A stretch of 64,000 nucleotides of DNA from an uncultured Trueperaceae bacterium (GCA_963727505.1 CAVSGP010000004.1:320001-384000); one strand, 5' to 3'; shown: positions 51,413-61,553, counted from the stretch's first letter. Program-made: numbers and translations. Notes: generated by a model from the sequence alone, not told the origin.

Positions 51413-53017
51413 TCACTCCAGCGACATCAGGTAGGGATACAGGTCGGGCGCGCCGGCCAGCACCTCCAGCTCCAGCTCCGGGAAACGCTCGCGGATCGTC
51501 TCGGCCACGGCCTCGGCGCGCTCCTTGCCGAGCGACGCACTGTAGAACAGCGTGCCCAGCTCGTAGTCGTTCGCGCGCTCTTCGAGCAGCGCGAGTAGGC
51601 AGCCGTCGGCGTCCTCGTCGGCGACCTTGAGCTGGCCGTCGACGAGTCCGATGGAATCGCCCTGAGCGATGTCGACGTCCTCGATGGTGGCGCTGCGGCT
51701 GGCCGTCGTGATCTCGAGGGTGAGCGAGGCGTCCGCCGCCTCCTGCATGGCCTCGAGCAGCGGGCCGATGTCCTCACCCTCCTGGAACAGCACGGCGGCC
51801 GCCAGACCCTGGCCCAGCGTCCGCGTCGGAAGCACCTCGACGCGCTTCTCCGGGACCACCTCGCGCACCCGCTCGGCCGCCATGAGGATGTTCTTGTTGT
51901 TCGGCATCACGATGACGTCGGGCGCACCCACCGAACGCACTGCATCAGCGATGTCCTGCACGCTCGGGTTGTCACTCTGACCGCCGCCGACCACGCGCGC
52001 ACCGAAGCTGCGGAACACCCGCGTCACGCCGTAGCCGCTCGACACCGTCACCAGGCCCGTGCGGGGAGGCTCGGCCTCCTCCGGCTCCACGTTGGCCAGG
52101 ATCTCGTGGTGCTGCTCGCTCATGTCTTCGACCTTGGAGCGCACCATGGTGCCGTAGTGCGCGACGTCCGCCAGCAGCTTCTCGGGGTCCTCGGTGTGGA
52201 TGTGGCCCTTGACGAATCCCTCGGCGCCCACCACCAGCAGGGAGTCGCCGTAGGGCTCGACCAGCTTCTGGATCTCGCGCGTCGGTACCGTCACGTCAGA
52301 GAGGAGAAACTCGGTGCAGAAACCGAACTCCTCCTCACCGAACTGCTGTTGCGCCCGCACCGTCACCTCGGGCGGCGCCGGGAGGTCGAGCCCGTCGAAG
52401 TAGGCGAGGACCCCTTCGAGGACCCGCACGAAGCCCTTGCCGCCGGCATCCACCACCCCGGCCTGCTTGAGGATGGCAAGCTGGTCGGGGGTGCGCACCA
52501 GCGCTTCCTCGGCGGCCTGGAACGAGACGCGCAGCACCTCGAGCGGCGGGCGCGCCTCGACCTTGCGGGCCGACTCCGCGGCGGCCTTCACGACGCTCAG
52601 GATGGTGCCCTCCACCGGCTTCATGACCGCGTGGTAGGCGCTCTTGGTGCCGGCGCCGAGGGCGGCGGCGACGTCGCGTCCGCCGAGGCGCTTATGCTTC
52701 CGAGCCACTTCGCCGAAACCCTTGAGCACCTGCGACAGGATCACCCCGGAGTTGCCGCGAGCGCCGAGCAACGAGCCGTAGGCCAGGGCGTGCGCGAAAC
52801 CCTCCATGGTGCCCGGGTTCTCGTCGGTGAGCTGGCGCCGCACCGACTGCATGGTGAGGTGCATGTTGGTTCCGGTGTCGCCGTCCGGGACCGGGTAGAC
52901 GTTGAGGGCGTTGACCTCGTCCACGTACACACCGAGCCACTCGGTGGCGTAGCTGAAGGCGTGGCTGAGCTGCCGCGCCCCCAGCGTCTCGGGTTCCTTG
53001 GTCGCGACATCAGCCAC
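51413..53017 (-). CDS. DAK2 domain protein (fatty acid kinase FakA/YloV family)
   Basis: 'VNALNVYPVPDGDTGTNM', 'GARGNSGVILSQ', 'KPVEGTIL', 'VVDAGG', 'FCTEF', 'HIHT' and 'MPNNKNI'. Confidence 0.92.
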   Translation of the reverse strand: MADVATKEPETLGARQLSHAFSYATEWLGVYVDEVNALNVYPVPDGDTGTNMHLTMQSVRRQLTDENPGTMEGFAHALAYGSLLGARGNSGVILSQVLKGFGEVARKHKRLGGRDVAAALGAGTKSAYHAVMKPVEGTILSVVKAAAESARKVEARPPLEVLRVSFQAAEEALVRTPDQLAILKQAGVVDAGGKGFVRVLEGVLAYFDGLDLPAPPEVTVRAQQQFGEEEFGFCTEFLLSDVTVPTREIQKLVEPYGDSLLVVGAEGFVKGHIHTEDPEKLLADVAHYGTMVRSKVEDMSEQHHEILANVEPEEAEPPRTGLVTVSSGYGVTRVFRSFGARVVGGGQSDNPSVQDIADAVRSVGAPDVIVMPNNKNILMAAERVREVVPEKRVEVLPTRTLGQGLAAAVLFQEGEDIGPLLEAMQEAADASLTLEITTASRSATIEDVDIAQGDSIGLVDGQLKVADEDADGCLLALLEERANDYELGTLFYSASLGKERAEAVAETIRERFPELELEVLAGAPDLYPYLMSLE

Positions 53018-53411
53018 GACTGACCCCGTCCACGTGGACGCGTACGTCGTCGAGGGTGATCCCGGCGTACCGACGCGCGGCGTAGCGGGCGCGATCACGC
53101 ACGGATTCGGCGACGACCGGGATGTTGACGCCGTAGGCCACCACCACGTGGATATCGACGTTGGCGCGCGTCTCCCCCTTGGGGTGCTCGATGACCACGC
53201 CCTCGTCGACCTGGGACAGTCCGAGCACGCGGCGCAGGCCCTCGCCGATGTTGGCTGGCGCCATGCCGACCACGCCGGGGACCTCGTGCGCAGCCAGGCC
53301 GAGGATCGACGCCAGGGCGCCGTCCGAAACGTGGACCTGGTCGATCTCGCGCTCCTTGATCTTGCGCTTGGTGGGGCGGGGCGCGTCTTGCCCTGCCTTG
53401 CCTTCCTCCAT
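53010..53411 (-). CDS. Asp23/Gls24 family protein (YloU-like)
   Basis: 'VPGVVGMA' and 'VVVAYGVNIPVVAESV'. Lies directly upstream of the DAK2 gene. Confidence 0.88.
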   Translation of the reverse strand: MEEGKAGQDAPRPTKRKIKEREIDQVHVSDGALASILGLAAHEVPGVVGMAPANIGEGLRRVLGLSQVDEGVVIEHPKGETRANVDIHVVVAYGVNIPVVAESVRDRARYAARRYAGITLDDVRVHVDGVSRG

Positions 53412-53576
53412 GACACGTCCCTCCCGTTCACGCTCCGTCGCCTCGTGATCCGGCCCCGATCGTGCGGACCAGCGAGTCACGCGAGACTCTATCGCGTCGT
53501 CAGCGCATTCTAGCCCGTGCCGTGACGACGTCCCGTGGTGTCCCCCGCACGCCGAGCGTCGGCGCTGTCCGGCCGC

Positions 53577-53885
53577 TCATCCGTCGTCCCAGACGTCGAC
53601 CTCGATGCTCGACGTGCGCACGCTCAGCCCGCGCCCCTCGACGAAGGCCAGTGCCGAGCCCAGTGTCCTCTCGAGCCAGCTCGGGTCGGCGCTGATGGCG
53701 CTGACACCGATGCGCTCCCAGGCGTGCGCGTTCAGCCCCTCGAGCCGTGCGACCGACACCGGGAAGCGCGCCTTGAGGCGCTCGGTGATCGGAAGGATCA
53801 GGGATCGCTTCTCCTTGAGGCTGCGGACGCCGGGCGTTTCCAGGGTGACGAGCAGGACCCCTACGTACACGGGGTTGCCGGCCAC
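53577..53885 (-). CDS. DUF503 (YlxP) family protein
   Basis: 'SLKEKRS..PI..RL..RFPVSVA' and 'IGVSAIS'. Confidence 0.85.
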   Translation of the reverse strand: MAGNPVYVGVLLVTLETPGVRSLKEKRSLILPITERLKARFPVSVARLEGLNAHAWERIGVSAISADPSWLERTLGSALAFVEGRGLSVRTSSIEVDVWDDG

Positions 53886-53890
53886 CGAAG

Positions 53891-54115
53891 CTACTCCATC
53901 CCGGCGAGGAAGCCGAGCCGCCGAAGTGCGCGGATCAGGTCCATCACCGTGACCTCGCCGGCGTCGTACTCCACCGCCACCTGCAGGTCGCTGCTGGCCT
54001 CGACGGCAAGCACGCCGCGAACCGAGCGCAGGGTCTCCTCGACGCGGGTGCGGCTGGCAGCGGTGTCCATGCCACGTACGCCCAGCAAGACGCGGGTCAC
54101 CTCGGGCTCAGCCAC
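53891..54115 (-). CDS. Small HMA-fold protein lacking the CxxC motif
   Basis: 'LGVRGMDTAASRTRVEETLRSVRGV...VEYD...DLIRALRRLGF'. Confidence 0.7.
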   Translation of the reverse strand: MAEPEVTRVLLGVRGMDTAASRTRVEETLRSVRGVLAVEASSDLQVAVEYDAGEVTVMDLIRALRRLGFLAGME

Positions 54116-54611
54116 GCCCGGCACCACCCTTCGCGCCACTATCGTCGCTGCGGGCACTGGCGGCTGCAGCCACGGCGTCGGCACGCGAACCGAGCTGACG
54201 CGTGAAGACGGAGGTGACCGCAGGCCGGTAGCTCTCGGCGTCGAGAGCGGCCGCCCCCGCCGCATCCTCGGCGGGCAACTCGACGCGCAGGTCGTACACG
54301 CCGGCGTCGTACGCGCTCTTGGTCAAGGCGCGGAGCAGCGCCAGCAGGGCCTCCCCGTCGCCCGGCGGCGGGCTCGCGAAGCGGCTCGCGAAGAGCGTGG
54401 GGCGCTCGCCGTCGAACACTGCCTGCGCCAGCACGTAACCCCTCACGCCCCCCTCCCCGACGGCCACGAAGGCGTGGCCGGTGCGCGCGAAGAAGCGCAG
54501 GCTGGCCTCGCCGGCGCGTGGCTCGAGCCCGTAGGCCCGCGCGTAGGCGCCGTCGATGGCGCGAACGACCGGAGCGTCGTCAGGCTCTAATGGTCTGGCG
54601 TGCGTGTCCAT
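54108..54611 (-). CDS. DUF1999-like protein (Deinococcota GNAT-like)
   Basis: 'SLRFFARTGHAFVA', 'GYVLAQAVFDGERP', 'KSAYDAGVY' and 'LGSR'. Confidence 0.75.
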   Translation of the reverse strand: MDTHARPLEPDDAPVVRAIDGAYARAYGLEPRAGEASLRFFARTGHAFVAVGEGGVRGYVLAQAVFDGERPTLFASRFASPPPGDGEALLALLRALTKSAYDAGVYDLRVELPAEDAAGAAALDAESYRPAVTSVFTRQLGSRADAVAAAASARSDDSGAKGGAGRG

Positions 54612-55057
54612 GAGCCGGAACGGCCCCCCTCCTTGTGAAGCAGCCTGACGGCCTCGATCACGATGTCCTTGCTGGCGCCCTTGAGCATATCGTAGAGGGT
54701 CAACGCGGCCACGCTGGCGGCCGTCAGTGCCTCCATCTCCACCCCGGTAGACGCCGTGGTGCCGCACGAAGCCTCGAAACGAACGCGCCCCGCCAGGCGC
54801 TCGGCGCGCACGCTCACCGACGTCAGCGGCAACGGGTGCGCCAACGGGATCAGCTCAGGGGTACGCTTCGCCGCCATGATGCCGGCGAGTTCGGCCACCT
54901 GCAACGCATCCCCCTTGGGAGCGCCGTCCTCGAGCCAGCGTGCGGCCTCCGCCGGCAGCGTCACGATCGCCTCGGCCACGGCGCGGCGCACGGTGGCGGG
55001 CTTGACGCCCACGTCCACCATGGTCGGGTGCCCGTCCTCGAAGTGGTTCGACGGCAT
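54587..55057 (-). CDS. moaC: Cyclic pyranopterin monophosphate synthase
   Basis: 'MVDVG.K', 'KGD', 'AGIMAAKRTPELIPLAHP', 'TGVEMEAL', 'YDMLK' and 'KEGGRSG'. Confidence 0.95.
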   Translation of the reverse strand: MPSNHFEDGHPTMVDVGVKPATVRRAVAEAIVTLPAEAARWLEDGAPKGDALQVAELAGIMAAKRTPELIPLAHPLPLTSVSVRAERLAGRVRFEASCGTTASTGVEMEALTAASVAALTLYDMLKGASKDIVIEAVRLLHKEGGRSGSWTRTPDH

Positions 55058-55079
55058 GGGCTCATTGTACGGCCGTGCG

Positions 55080-55871
55080 CTACAGGACGAGCCCTTCCAA
55101 GGCGGCCTCCGACCGCTGCGGGTGCCAGGGAGCGTAGCCCGCCTCGACGAAGTACAGGCCGTGCGGCGCCACGTTGCGGCCCGCCAGCGTCCGATCGCGG
55201 GCGGCCAGCAGGCCGGGGATGGCGTCGGGACGGAGCTTCCCCTTCCCCACCCATAGCAGCGTCCCCACGACGGTGCGCACCATGCCGCGCAGGAAGCCGT
55301 CGGCGGCGATGTGCAGGCGCAGCTCACCGCCTTCCTCGCGCAGCTCGCACAGGTGGAGCGTGCGTTCGCGTGTGCGGGTCTCACGCGTGGCGAAGGTGCT
55401 GAAGTCGTGCCTGCCCAGCATCGGGACGCAGGCCGCCTGCATCGCCGTCACGTCGAGATGGCGGAACACCGGAAGGACCCTGTAACGCTGCAGTGCCAGC
55501 CCTCGAGGATCGTTCCGCGTCACGCGCAGGCGATAGAGGTAGCGACGGTAGCGGCAGTCGAACTGCGCGTGGAAGCCCTCGTCCGCCGTCTCCAGGCGAA
55601 GTACCACCACGTCCTTCGGCAGGTGGGCGTTGAGGGCGAGACGCAACTTCTCGTCGGGGATCGTCGAGCCCGTGTCGACGTGCGCGACCATGGCCAGCGC
55701 ATGTACGCCCGTGTCGGTGCGCCCGGCGGCCACCACGCTGCCGTGGTCGCCCGGGAGCTTCGCCAGCGCCTCCTCCACGACGGCCTGTACGGTTCGTTCC
55801 CCGGCGGCCTGCCGCTGCCAGCCGTAGAAAGCGGTCCCGTCGAACTCGAGCGTGAAGCGGATGCGGCGCAC
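55080..55871 (-). CDS. truA: tRNA pseudouridine(38-40) synthase
   Basis: 'FDGTAFYGWQRQ', 'AGRTDTGVHA', 'GRHDFSTF' and 'GFLRGMVR'. Confidence 0.96.
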   Translation of the reverse strand: MRRIRFTLEFDGTAFYGWQRQAAGERTVQAVVEEALAKLPGDHGSVVAAGRTDTGVHALAMVAHVDTGSTIPDEKLRLALNAHLPKDVVVLRLETADEGFHAQFDCRYRRYLYRLRVTRNDPRGLALQRYRVLPVFRHLDVTAMQAACVPMLGRHDFSTFATRETRTRERTLHLCELREEGGELRLHIAADGFLRGMVRTVVGTLLWVGKGKLRPDAIPGLLAARDRTLAGRNVAPHGLYFVEAGYAPWHPQRSEAALEGLVL

Positions 55872-55875
55872 GGGC

Positions 55876-56736
55876 TCAACCGTCGGCGACGGCGGGCGTC
55901 AAACGCAGACCGCGCCCCAGGGCGGGCACCAGGACGGTTCCGGTGAGCCCGACACTCAGGTAGCGGGCGAAGGCCACCAGCGGTGCGTGTCGTACCGCAT
56001 CCGAGAGCAGCAGGCCGCTGCCGAACTGGACCGCGAACACCAGCACGACCCCCACCACCGTCAGCACCGCGCGTCCCTGCCAGGGTCCTCGGGTGCTGTG
56101 GGGGAGCAGCTCGGGACCGACCACGAAGGCCGCCAGCGCGCCCATCAGCACACCCGACTCCGGCGTCGGCAGCAGCAGGTGCACGGCAAGCGGCAGGCCC
56201 AGCCCGAGCAGCAGCACCGTGCTCCGGCGGGGCTCCAGGCGCAACCGGTCGATGGCGGCGGCGGCGCTCACCACCGCCAGTCCCACCAGGATGCCGCCAG
56301 CGATGTCGACCGGCAGGTGGACGCCCAGGTAGAGGCGCGAGAGCGACACCAGCAGCACCAGCAGCACGGCAACGATCGTGAGCCACGTGCGCTTGCCGTA
56401 CACCGCCGCGAGGCCCCAGAAGGTCGTGCTCGACTGGGCGTGCCCGGACGGGAAACCGTTGCCCTGTGCGGTGGCGAGCGCGGCCGGCGACCTAACGATG
56501 CCGGGCTCGAGCGTGAAGGGGCGGGGCGTGTGGAACAACGCCTTGAGTTGCTGGTTGAGGTAGAAGCCGGCAAGGAAGTAGATCGCCAGGCGCCGGCCGA
56601 CGCGGGCGTCCACGCCGATGTAGGCGATCAGCAGGAGCACGATGTAGGCCTGCTCCGACCCGAGCTGGGTGACGAACAGCATCAGCCGATCGAGCGCAGG
56701 GCTGGCGGCGGATTGCAGGGCGTGGATGACCTCCAT
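55876..56736 (-). CDS. PAP2 family membrane phosphatase
   Basis: C1 'LKALFHTPRP', C2 'FPSGHA' and C3 'SRLYLGVHLPVDI'. Confidence 0.9.
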   Translation of the reverse strand: MEVIHALQSAASPALDRLMLFVTQLGSEQAYIVLLLIAYIGVDARVGRRLAIYFLAGFYLNQQLKALFHTPRPFTLEPGIVRSPAALATAQGNGFPSGHAQSSTTFWGLAAVYGKRTWLTIVAVLLVLLVSLSRLYLGVHLPVDIAGGILVGLAVVSAAAAIDRLRLEPRRSTVLLLGLGLPLAVHLLLPTPESGVLMGALAAFVVGPELLPHSTRGPWQGRAVLTVVGVVLVFAVQFGSGLLLSDAVRHAPLVAFARYLSVGLTGTVLVPALGRGLRLTPAVADG

Positions 56737-56865
56737 GCGCTCCTCCCGGCACGAGCGCAGCACGGCGCACCCTCTGCCTCCCGGGATTGTAGCAGCCCCG
56801 CGTGGGTGGCGGTCGCGTCGCCCAGGTCCGTTGCGGCGCCCGGGGAGGCGTGCGATTCTACGCCC

Positions 56866-58164
56866 ATGGACACGGCTCGATCGGACAGCCTCTTCGAACG
56901 CGCCCGCAGGGTCACGCCCGGCGGGGTCAACTCCCCGGTCCGCGCCTTCGGGTCGGTGGGCGGCTCGCCCCGCTTCATGCGCTCCGGTAGCGGTTGCCGC
57001 CTCGAGGACGTCGATGGCAACCTCTACATCGACATGGTGGGCTCGTGGGGGCCGCTGCTCATGGGGCACGCGCACCCGGACGTGGTGGCCGCGTTGCAGC
57101 GCTCGCTGGCGCGTGGCACCTCCTTCGGCGCCCCCATCGAAGACGAGGTGACCCTGGCGGAGACGGTCCTCGAGCGGGTCCCCTCGATGGACCGAGTGCG
57201 CTTCGTCAACTCCGGGACCGAGGCGACGATGAGCGCGATCCGGCTGGCGCGCGGTGTCACCGGCCGCGACCTGCTGGTGAAGTTCGAGGGCAACTATCAC
57301 GGGCATGCCGACAGTCTGTTGGTCGCTGCCGGCTCCGGCGCGCTCACGACCGGCGTTCCCTCGAGCGCCGGCGTTCCCGCCGGGACCGCTGCCGACACGC
57401 TGGTGGCCGGCTTCAACGATCTCCCGAGCCTGCGCGCGCTCTTCGACACCCACCGAGACGCCATCGCAGCGGTGATCGTGGAGCCGGTCGCGGGGAACAT
57501 GGGAGTGGTCCCCCCCGCCCCAGGCTTCCTGGAAGGGATGCGGGAGCTGACACGCGCGCACGGCACCGCGCTGATCGTCGATGAGGTGATGACCGGCTTC
57601 CGAGTCGCCCGCGGGGGCGCCGTCGAACGCTTCGGTCTCGAGCCCGACCTGATCGCGTGGGGGAAGGTGATCGGCGGCGGTCTGCCGGTGGGCGCCTACG
57701 GCGGCACGGACCGGTTCATGGACCGCGTCTCCCCTCTCGGCCCCGTCTACCAGGCGGGCACGCTCTCCGGCAATCCACTGGCGATGGCCGGTGGCTTGGC
57801 CACGCTGCGTGCCATCGACGACGCCGGCGACGTCTATGAAGCGCTGGAAGCGCGCGGCCGGCAGCTCCAGGAGGGGCTGCGTCGGGCCGCCCGCGGCGCT
57901 GGCGTGGACGTGCGCATCAACCGCGTGGGCTCGATGATCACCGTGTTCTTCACCGGCTCCGAGGTCACCGACTACGCCACGGCCACCAGTAGCGACCGCG
58001 ACCGGTTCGCGCGCTGGTTCCACGGGCTGCTGCAGCGCGGTGTGTACTGGCCGGCCAGCCCCTTCGAGTCCGCCTTCCTCTCCTACGCTCACACTCCGAA
58101 CGACGTCGACACGGTCGTCGAGGCCGCAGCCGGCGCGTTCGAGGACCTCGCAACGGGGGCTTGA
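56866..58164 (+). CDS. hemL: Glutamate-1-semialdehyde 2,1-aminomutase
   Basis: 'PGGVNSPVRAF', 'NSGTEATM', 'YHGHAD', 'DEVMTGFR', 'GKVIGGGLPVGAYGG' and 'YQAGTLSGNPL'. Confidence 0.97.
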   Translation: MDTARSDSLFERARRVTPGGVNSPVRAFGSVGGSPRFMRSGSGCRLEDVDGNLYIDMVGSWGPLLMGHAHPDVVAALQRSLARGTSFGAPIEDEVTLAETVLERVPSMDRVRFVNSGTEATMSAIRLARGVTGRDLLVKFEGNYHGHADSLLVAAGSGALTTGVPSSAGVPAGTAADTLVAGFNDLPSLRALFDTHRDAIAAVIVEPVAGNMGVVPPAPGFLEGMRELTRAHGTALIVDEVMTGFRVARGGAVERFGLEPDLIAWGKVIGGGLPVGAYGGTDRFMDRVSPLGPVYQAGTLSGNPLAMAGGLATLRAIDDAGDVYEALEARGRQLQEGLRRAARGAGVDVRINRVGSMITVFFTGSEVTDYATATSSDRDRFARWFHGLLQRGVYWPASPFESAFLSYAHTPNDVDTVVEAAAGAFEDLATGA

Positions 58165-58165
58165 C

Positions 58166-59530
58166 GTGCCGCTGCCGCCTACCGGAGACACCATCGCCGC
58201 CATCGCCACCGCACCCGGGGCGGCGGCGATCGGCATCGTGCGGGTCTCGGGACCGGCGGCATACGACGTTGCGGACCGGTTGTTCCGGCCGCGACGCGGC
58301 GAAGCCCCCAGCCGGCACCCGGCGGGCCGCGTGGTACACGGGCGCATCGTGGACGGGCGCGCGGCAGGGGCGCCCGATGACGTGATCGACGAGGCTCTTC
58401 TGCTCACCTTTCGCGCGCCGCACTCCTACACAGGCCAGGACGTGATCGAGCTGCAGACGCACGGCGGGCCGGCCGTGCTGCGCACGGTGCTCGACCTGTG
58501 CGTGGCGGCGGGGGCGCGGCTGGCGGGACCGGGCGAGTACACGCTGCGCGCGTTCCTGGCCGGGCGGCTCGACCTGGCCCAGGCCGAGAGCGTGATGGAC
58601 CTGGTCGGGGCCCAGACCGACAGCGCCCGCCGCAACGCCGCGCTGGGACTTTCGCGGGCCCTCGGCGAGCGCCTCGACCGCATCCAGACCGACGTCACCC
58701 AGGCCTACGCGGCGCTGCAGGCGAGCCTCGACTACCCTGAGGAGGGCGTTCCAGAGGCCGAGTTGGAGGCGCCGTTGGCGCAGGCCCTGCGCCAGGTCGA
58801 GGAGCTTCTGGCCACAGCCGAAGCGGGTCGGATCAGTCGCCACGGCGCGCGGCTCGCTCTGCTGGGCCGTCCCAACGCCGGCAAGTCGAGCCTGCTGAAC
58901 GCGCTGCTGGGGTTCGAACGCTCGATCGTCAGCGCCACGCCGGGGACCACGCGCGATTACCTCGAGGCGCCGCTCTCGCTGGGCGGCATCCCGCTGACCG
59001 CCATCGACACCGCCGGGATCCGCAACGCCGAAGACGCCGTCGAAGCGTCCGGCGTGAGGATCGCCAAGCAGATCGCCGAGGCGTCGGATCTGTGCCTGCT
59101 GCTCCTCGACCGGTCGGTCCCCCTGGACCCCGACGACCTGGCGCTGACCGCCGAGTTGCCACCCGAGCGGACGCTGGTGCTCGCCAGCAAGGCCGACCTG
59201 GCCGCCGTGTGGGGCGACGATGCGCTGCCGATACCGGTCCTTCCCGTGTCCGCGCGAACCGGCGCCGGCCTCGACGCACTCAAGGCGCGGCTGCGCGAGC
59301 GTCTGCTGGGGGACGCCGCGGGCACGGAGCTGTGGATCTCCAACGAGCGACACGCGCAGGCTCTCGAGGCGGTGCGCGCCCACCTGACGGGTGCGCGGGG
59401 CGCTAGCCCCGACATCGCGTCGCTCGAGTTGCAGGACGCACTCGACGCGCTCGGCCAGATCACCGGCCGCTCGGGCGTGGCCGAGGAGACGCTGGCCGCG
59501 ATCTTCGCGAACTTCTGCGTGGGGAAGTGA
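58166..59530 (+). CDS. mnmE: tRNA modification GTPase MnmE
   Basis: 'DTIAAIAT', 'SYTGQD', 'GRPNAGKSSL', 'PGTTRD', 'DTAGIR' and C-terminal 'FCVGK'. Confidence 0.97.
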   Translation: MPLPPTGDTIAAIATAPGAAAIGIVRVSGPAAYDVADRLFRPRRGEAPSRHPAGRVVHGRIVDGRAAGAPDDVIDEALLLTFRAPHSYTGQDVIELQTHGGPAVLRTVLDLCVAAGARLAGPGEYTLRAFLAGRLDLAQAESVMDLVGAQTDSARRNAALGLSRALGERLDRIQTDVTQAYAALQASLDYPEEGVPEAELEAPLAQALRQVEELLATAEAGRISRHGARLALLGRPNAGKSSLLNALLGFERSIVSATPGTTRDYLEAPLSLGGIPLTAIDTAGIRNAEDAVEASGVRIAKQIAEASDLCLLLLDRSVPLDPDDLALTAELPPERTLVLASKADLAAVWGDDALPIPVLPVSARTGAGLDALKARLRERLLGDAAGTELWISNERHAQALEAVRAHLTGARGASPDIASLELQDALDALGQITGRSGVAEETLAAIFANFCVGK

Positions 59531-59539
59531 GGCGCGTCG

Positions 59540-60049
59540 TCAGGCCCAGGCGGCCTCGACCTCGCGCGCCGCAGCCCGCACGGCGGCGGGGAAGCTGGCC
59601 ATCACGCCCTGCAAGACGCTCTTGGCGGTGAACTCGATCATGCTGAGCAGCGCCCGCCCACCCCACTTCTCGGGCGCCGGAAGGGCCAGATGGATGGTGA
59701 TGCAGAAGCGATACTCCACGCGACAACCCCGCTCCGCGTGCAGCACCCGGGCGTCGCCCGATACCTCGGCCCATCCGGGTCCCTCGGGAGCGAGCGGCAG
59801 GCCCGTCAGACGGGCGCCGGCGTCGGTGTAGGTGAGCTCGGAGCGGAAGGGCAGCTCGCGCTGGCCGAAGAGCGCAGCGTTGACCGGCAGCGTGGCCGTC
59901 ACGACCTTCGGCGAACCCTCCACGACCTGCAGGTCGGCCAGAAATGTCGCCTGCGAGAGCGACCGAGGTACGTCCCGGACGAAGCTCCGGCCCGCCTCGG
60001 GGGGCAAGTCCAGGTCCAGGATGAAGCTCACCTCGTGCGTCAAGTCCAC
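59540..60049 (-). CDS. DUF3809-like protein
   Basis: 'ELPFRS', 'WAEVSG' and 'EKWGGRAL'. Paired with a DUF3248-like gene, as in Deinococcus/Thermus. Confidence 0.65.
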   Translation of the reverse strand: MDLTHEVSFILDLDLPPEAGRSFVRDVPRSLSQATFLADLQVVEGSPKVVTATLPVNAALFGQRELPFRSELTYTDAGARLTGLPLAPEGPGWAEVSGDARVLHAERGCRVEYRFCITIHLALPAPEKWGGRALLSMIEFTAKSVLQGVMASFPAAVRAAAREVEAAWA

Positions 60050-60053
60050 GCCT

Positions 60054-60341
60054 TCACCTCTCGGCCTGGCCACGCGGACGCGGCCCGACCCACTCGACCC
60101 GCAACGCGCTCTCTTCCACCGCGGCCTCGATCTCGCTGTCGCTGGCCGTCCTCAGGCGAGGTAGCTCGTGGAAGAGCCCGGCGCTCGACGCCAGGCCCAC
60201 CCGCACGGTGACGGGGCCGTCGTCGCTCACGCGGCCGATGCGCCACAGCAACTGACCTGCCAGGTCGTCGAGCTGAGGCAGGCTCACACCCGTCCCCGAC
60301 AGCAATTCGCTCTTGCGCTCCTGAACCTCGGCTTCGCTCAC
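60054..60341 (-). CDS. DUF3248-like small protein
   Basis: 'LLWRIGR...VRVGLAS...F..LPRLR...EIE.......RVEWV'. GGAAGGGG RBS precedes GTG 60341. Confidence 0.72.
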   Translation of the reverse strand: MSEAEVQERKSELLSGTGVSLPQLDDLAGQLLWRIGRVSDDGPVTVRVGLASSAGLFHELPRLRTASDSEIEAAVEESALRVEWVGPRPRGQAER

Positions 60342-60468
60342 CGGCCGGCCCCTTCCTGGCATCAGACTACCGCATTCGACCGGCGCTCGCTGGCACGGCC
60401 GCCCTCGCTCCACGACCTTCGAAACGCCGGCCTGCCGCCCGCCACCGGGCGCGTGGTAGCTTACGCGG

Positions 60469-61380
60469 GTGTCCGCGCCCTCATCGCCTAGCCCTCGAGC
60501 GCGGCATCGCTCGACCCTCCCCGGCCCCCTGGGCCTGTACCTGCGCGGGGTCGCCATGGGCACCTCCGACCTGATCCCCGGCGTTTCGGGCGGAACGATG
60601 GCGCTCATCCTGGGCATCTACCAGGAGCTGATCGCCAGCCTGGGGGCGTTGACCTCGGGCCCGTTCCTGGCCGCGGTCGGGCGCCTACGCCTGCGGCGCG
60701 CCTTCCGGCTTGCCAACGGCGGCTTCCTGGTCGCGGTGCTGCTGGGGATCGCGACCGCGGTGGGTGCGCTCTCCCGGCTGATGCACTGGCTCCTCACCGC
60801 CCATCCGAGCGGCGTGCATGCCTTCTTCTTCGGGCTCATCCTGGCATCGGCCGGACTGGTCGCCAGGCTCGTCGGCCGCTGGACGGCCGGCGGCATCGTC
60901 GGCGCCCTGGTGGCGACGGCCGGGGCGTTCTGGCTGGTGGGTCTGACGCCGGCGGTCACGCCCGACGCTCCCGCCTTCCTGCTGCTGAGCGGCGCGCTGG
61001 CGGTGTGCGCACTGATGCTCCCGGGCATCTCCGGCGCGTTCGTGCTGGTGCTCCTCGGCAAATACGACACGGCCCTCGCGGCCGTGACGAACCTCGACCT
61101 GGCCGTGCTGCTGCCGCTGGCGGTCGGCGCGGTCCTGGGCCTGCTCACGTTCGCGCGCCTGCTGGCGTGGTTGCTGCACCGCGCCCACGACACGACGCTG
61201 GCCATCCTTGCCGGCTTCATGCTCGGCAGCCTGCGCAAGGTGTGGCCCTTCGTGGCACCGAACGGGCATGTCACCTGGCCCTGGCTGAGCACCGGCACCG
61301 CCCTGCTACTGTTGTTGTTGGTGATGGGCGCAGCCCTCGTGGCATGGCTGGAGCGCGCCGGATCCCGACGCGACGCCTGA
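60469..61380 (+). CDS. DUF368 family membrane protein (undecaprenyl-phosphate translocase family)
   Basis: 'MGTSDLIPGVSGGTMALILGIY', 'FFFGLILAS', 'ALMLPGISGA' and 'GSLRKVWPF'. Confidence 0.9.
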   Translation: MSAPSSPSPRARHRSTLPGPLGLYLRGVAMGTSDLIPGVSGGTMALILGIYQELIASLGALTSGPFLAAVGRLRLRRAFRLANGGFLVAVLLGIATAVGALSRLMHWLLTAHPSGVHAFFFGLILASAGLVARLVGRWTAGGIVGALVATAGAFWLVGLTPAVTPDAPAFLLLSGALAVCALMLPGISGAFVLVLLGKYDTALAAVTNLDLAVLLPLAVGAVLGLLTFARLLAWLLHRAHDTTLAILAGFMLGSLRKVWPFVAPNGHVTWPWLSTGTALLLLLLVMGAALVAWLERAGSRRDA

Positions 61381-61553
61381 CCGGCGCCCTCCCCCTCAGG
61401 AAGTTCATTGTGGTCTCCGCTCACGTTAACCCTGCGCCCGTACAGTAGCGGTGGTAGGCGGGTTGTGCGGGCCCGCTCCCCAAGGCGCATCCCGCGTCCG
61501 ACAGACACCGCGACCGGAAGCCGGGCGACGGCTTTTCGAAAAGGAGGAGGACC

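Noticed and set aside
55852..58407. Very long ORFs (770 aa +, 843 aa -) suggesting fusion proteins
   Set aside because: These are upstream extensions of hemL and the PAP2 gene through each other's antisense strand, typical shadow frames in high-GC DNA. The same applies to most other overlapping ORFs in the track.
59500..59545. Genomic island inserted at the mnmE 3' end (a known integration hotspot in other bacteria)
   Set aside because: I saw no duplicate of the mnmE 3' end and no integrase, and core-type genes follow immediately.
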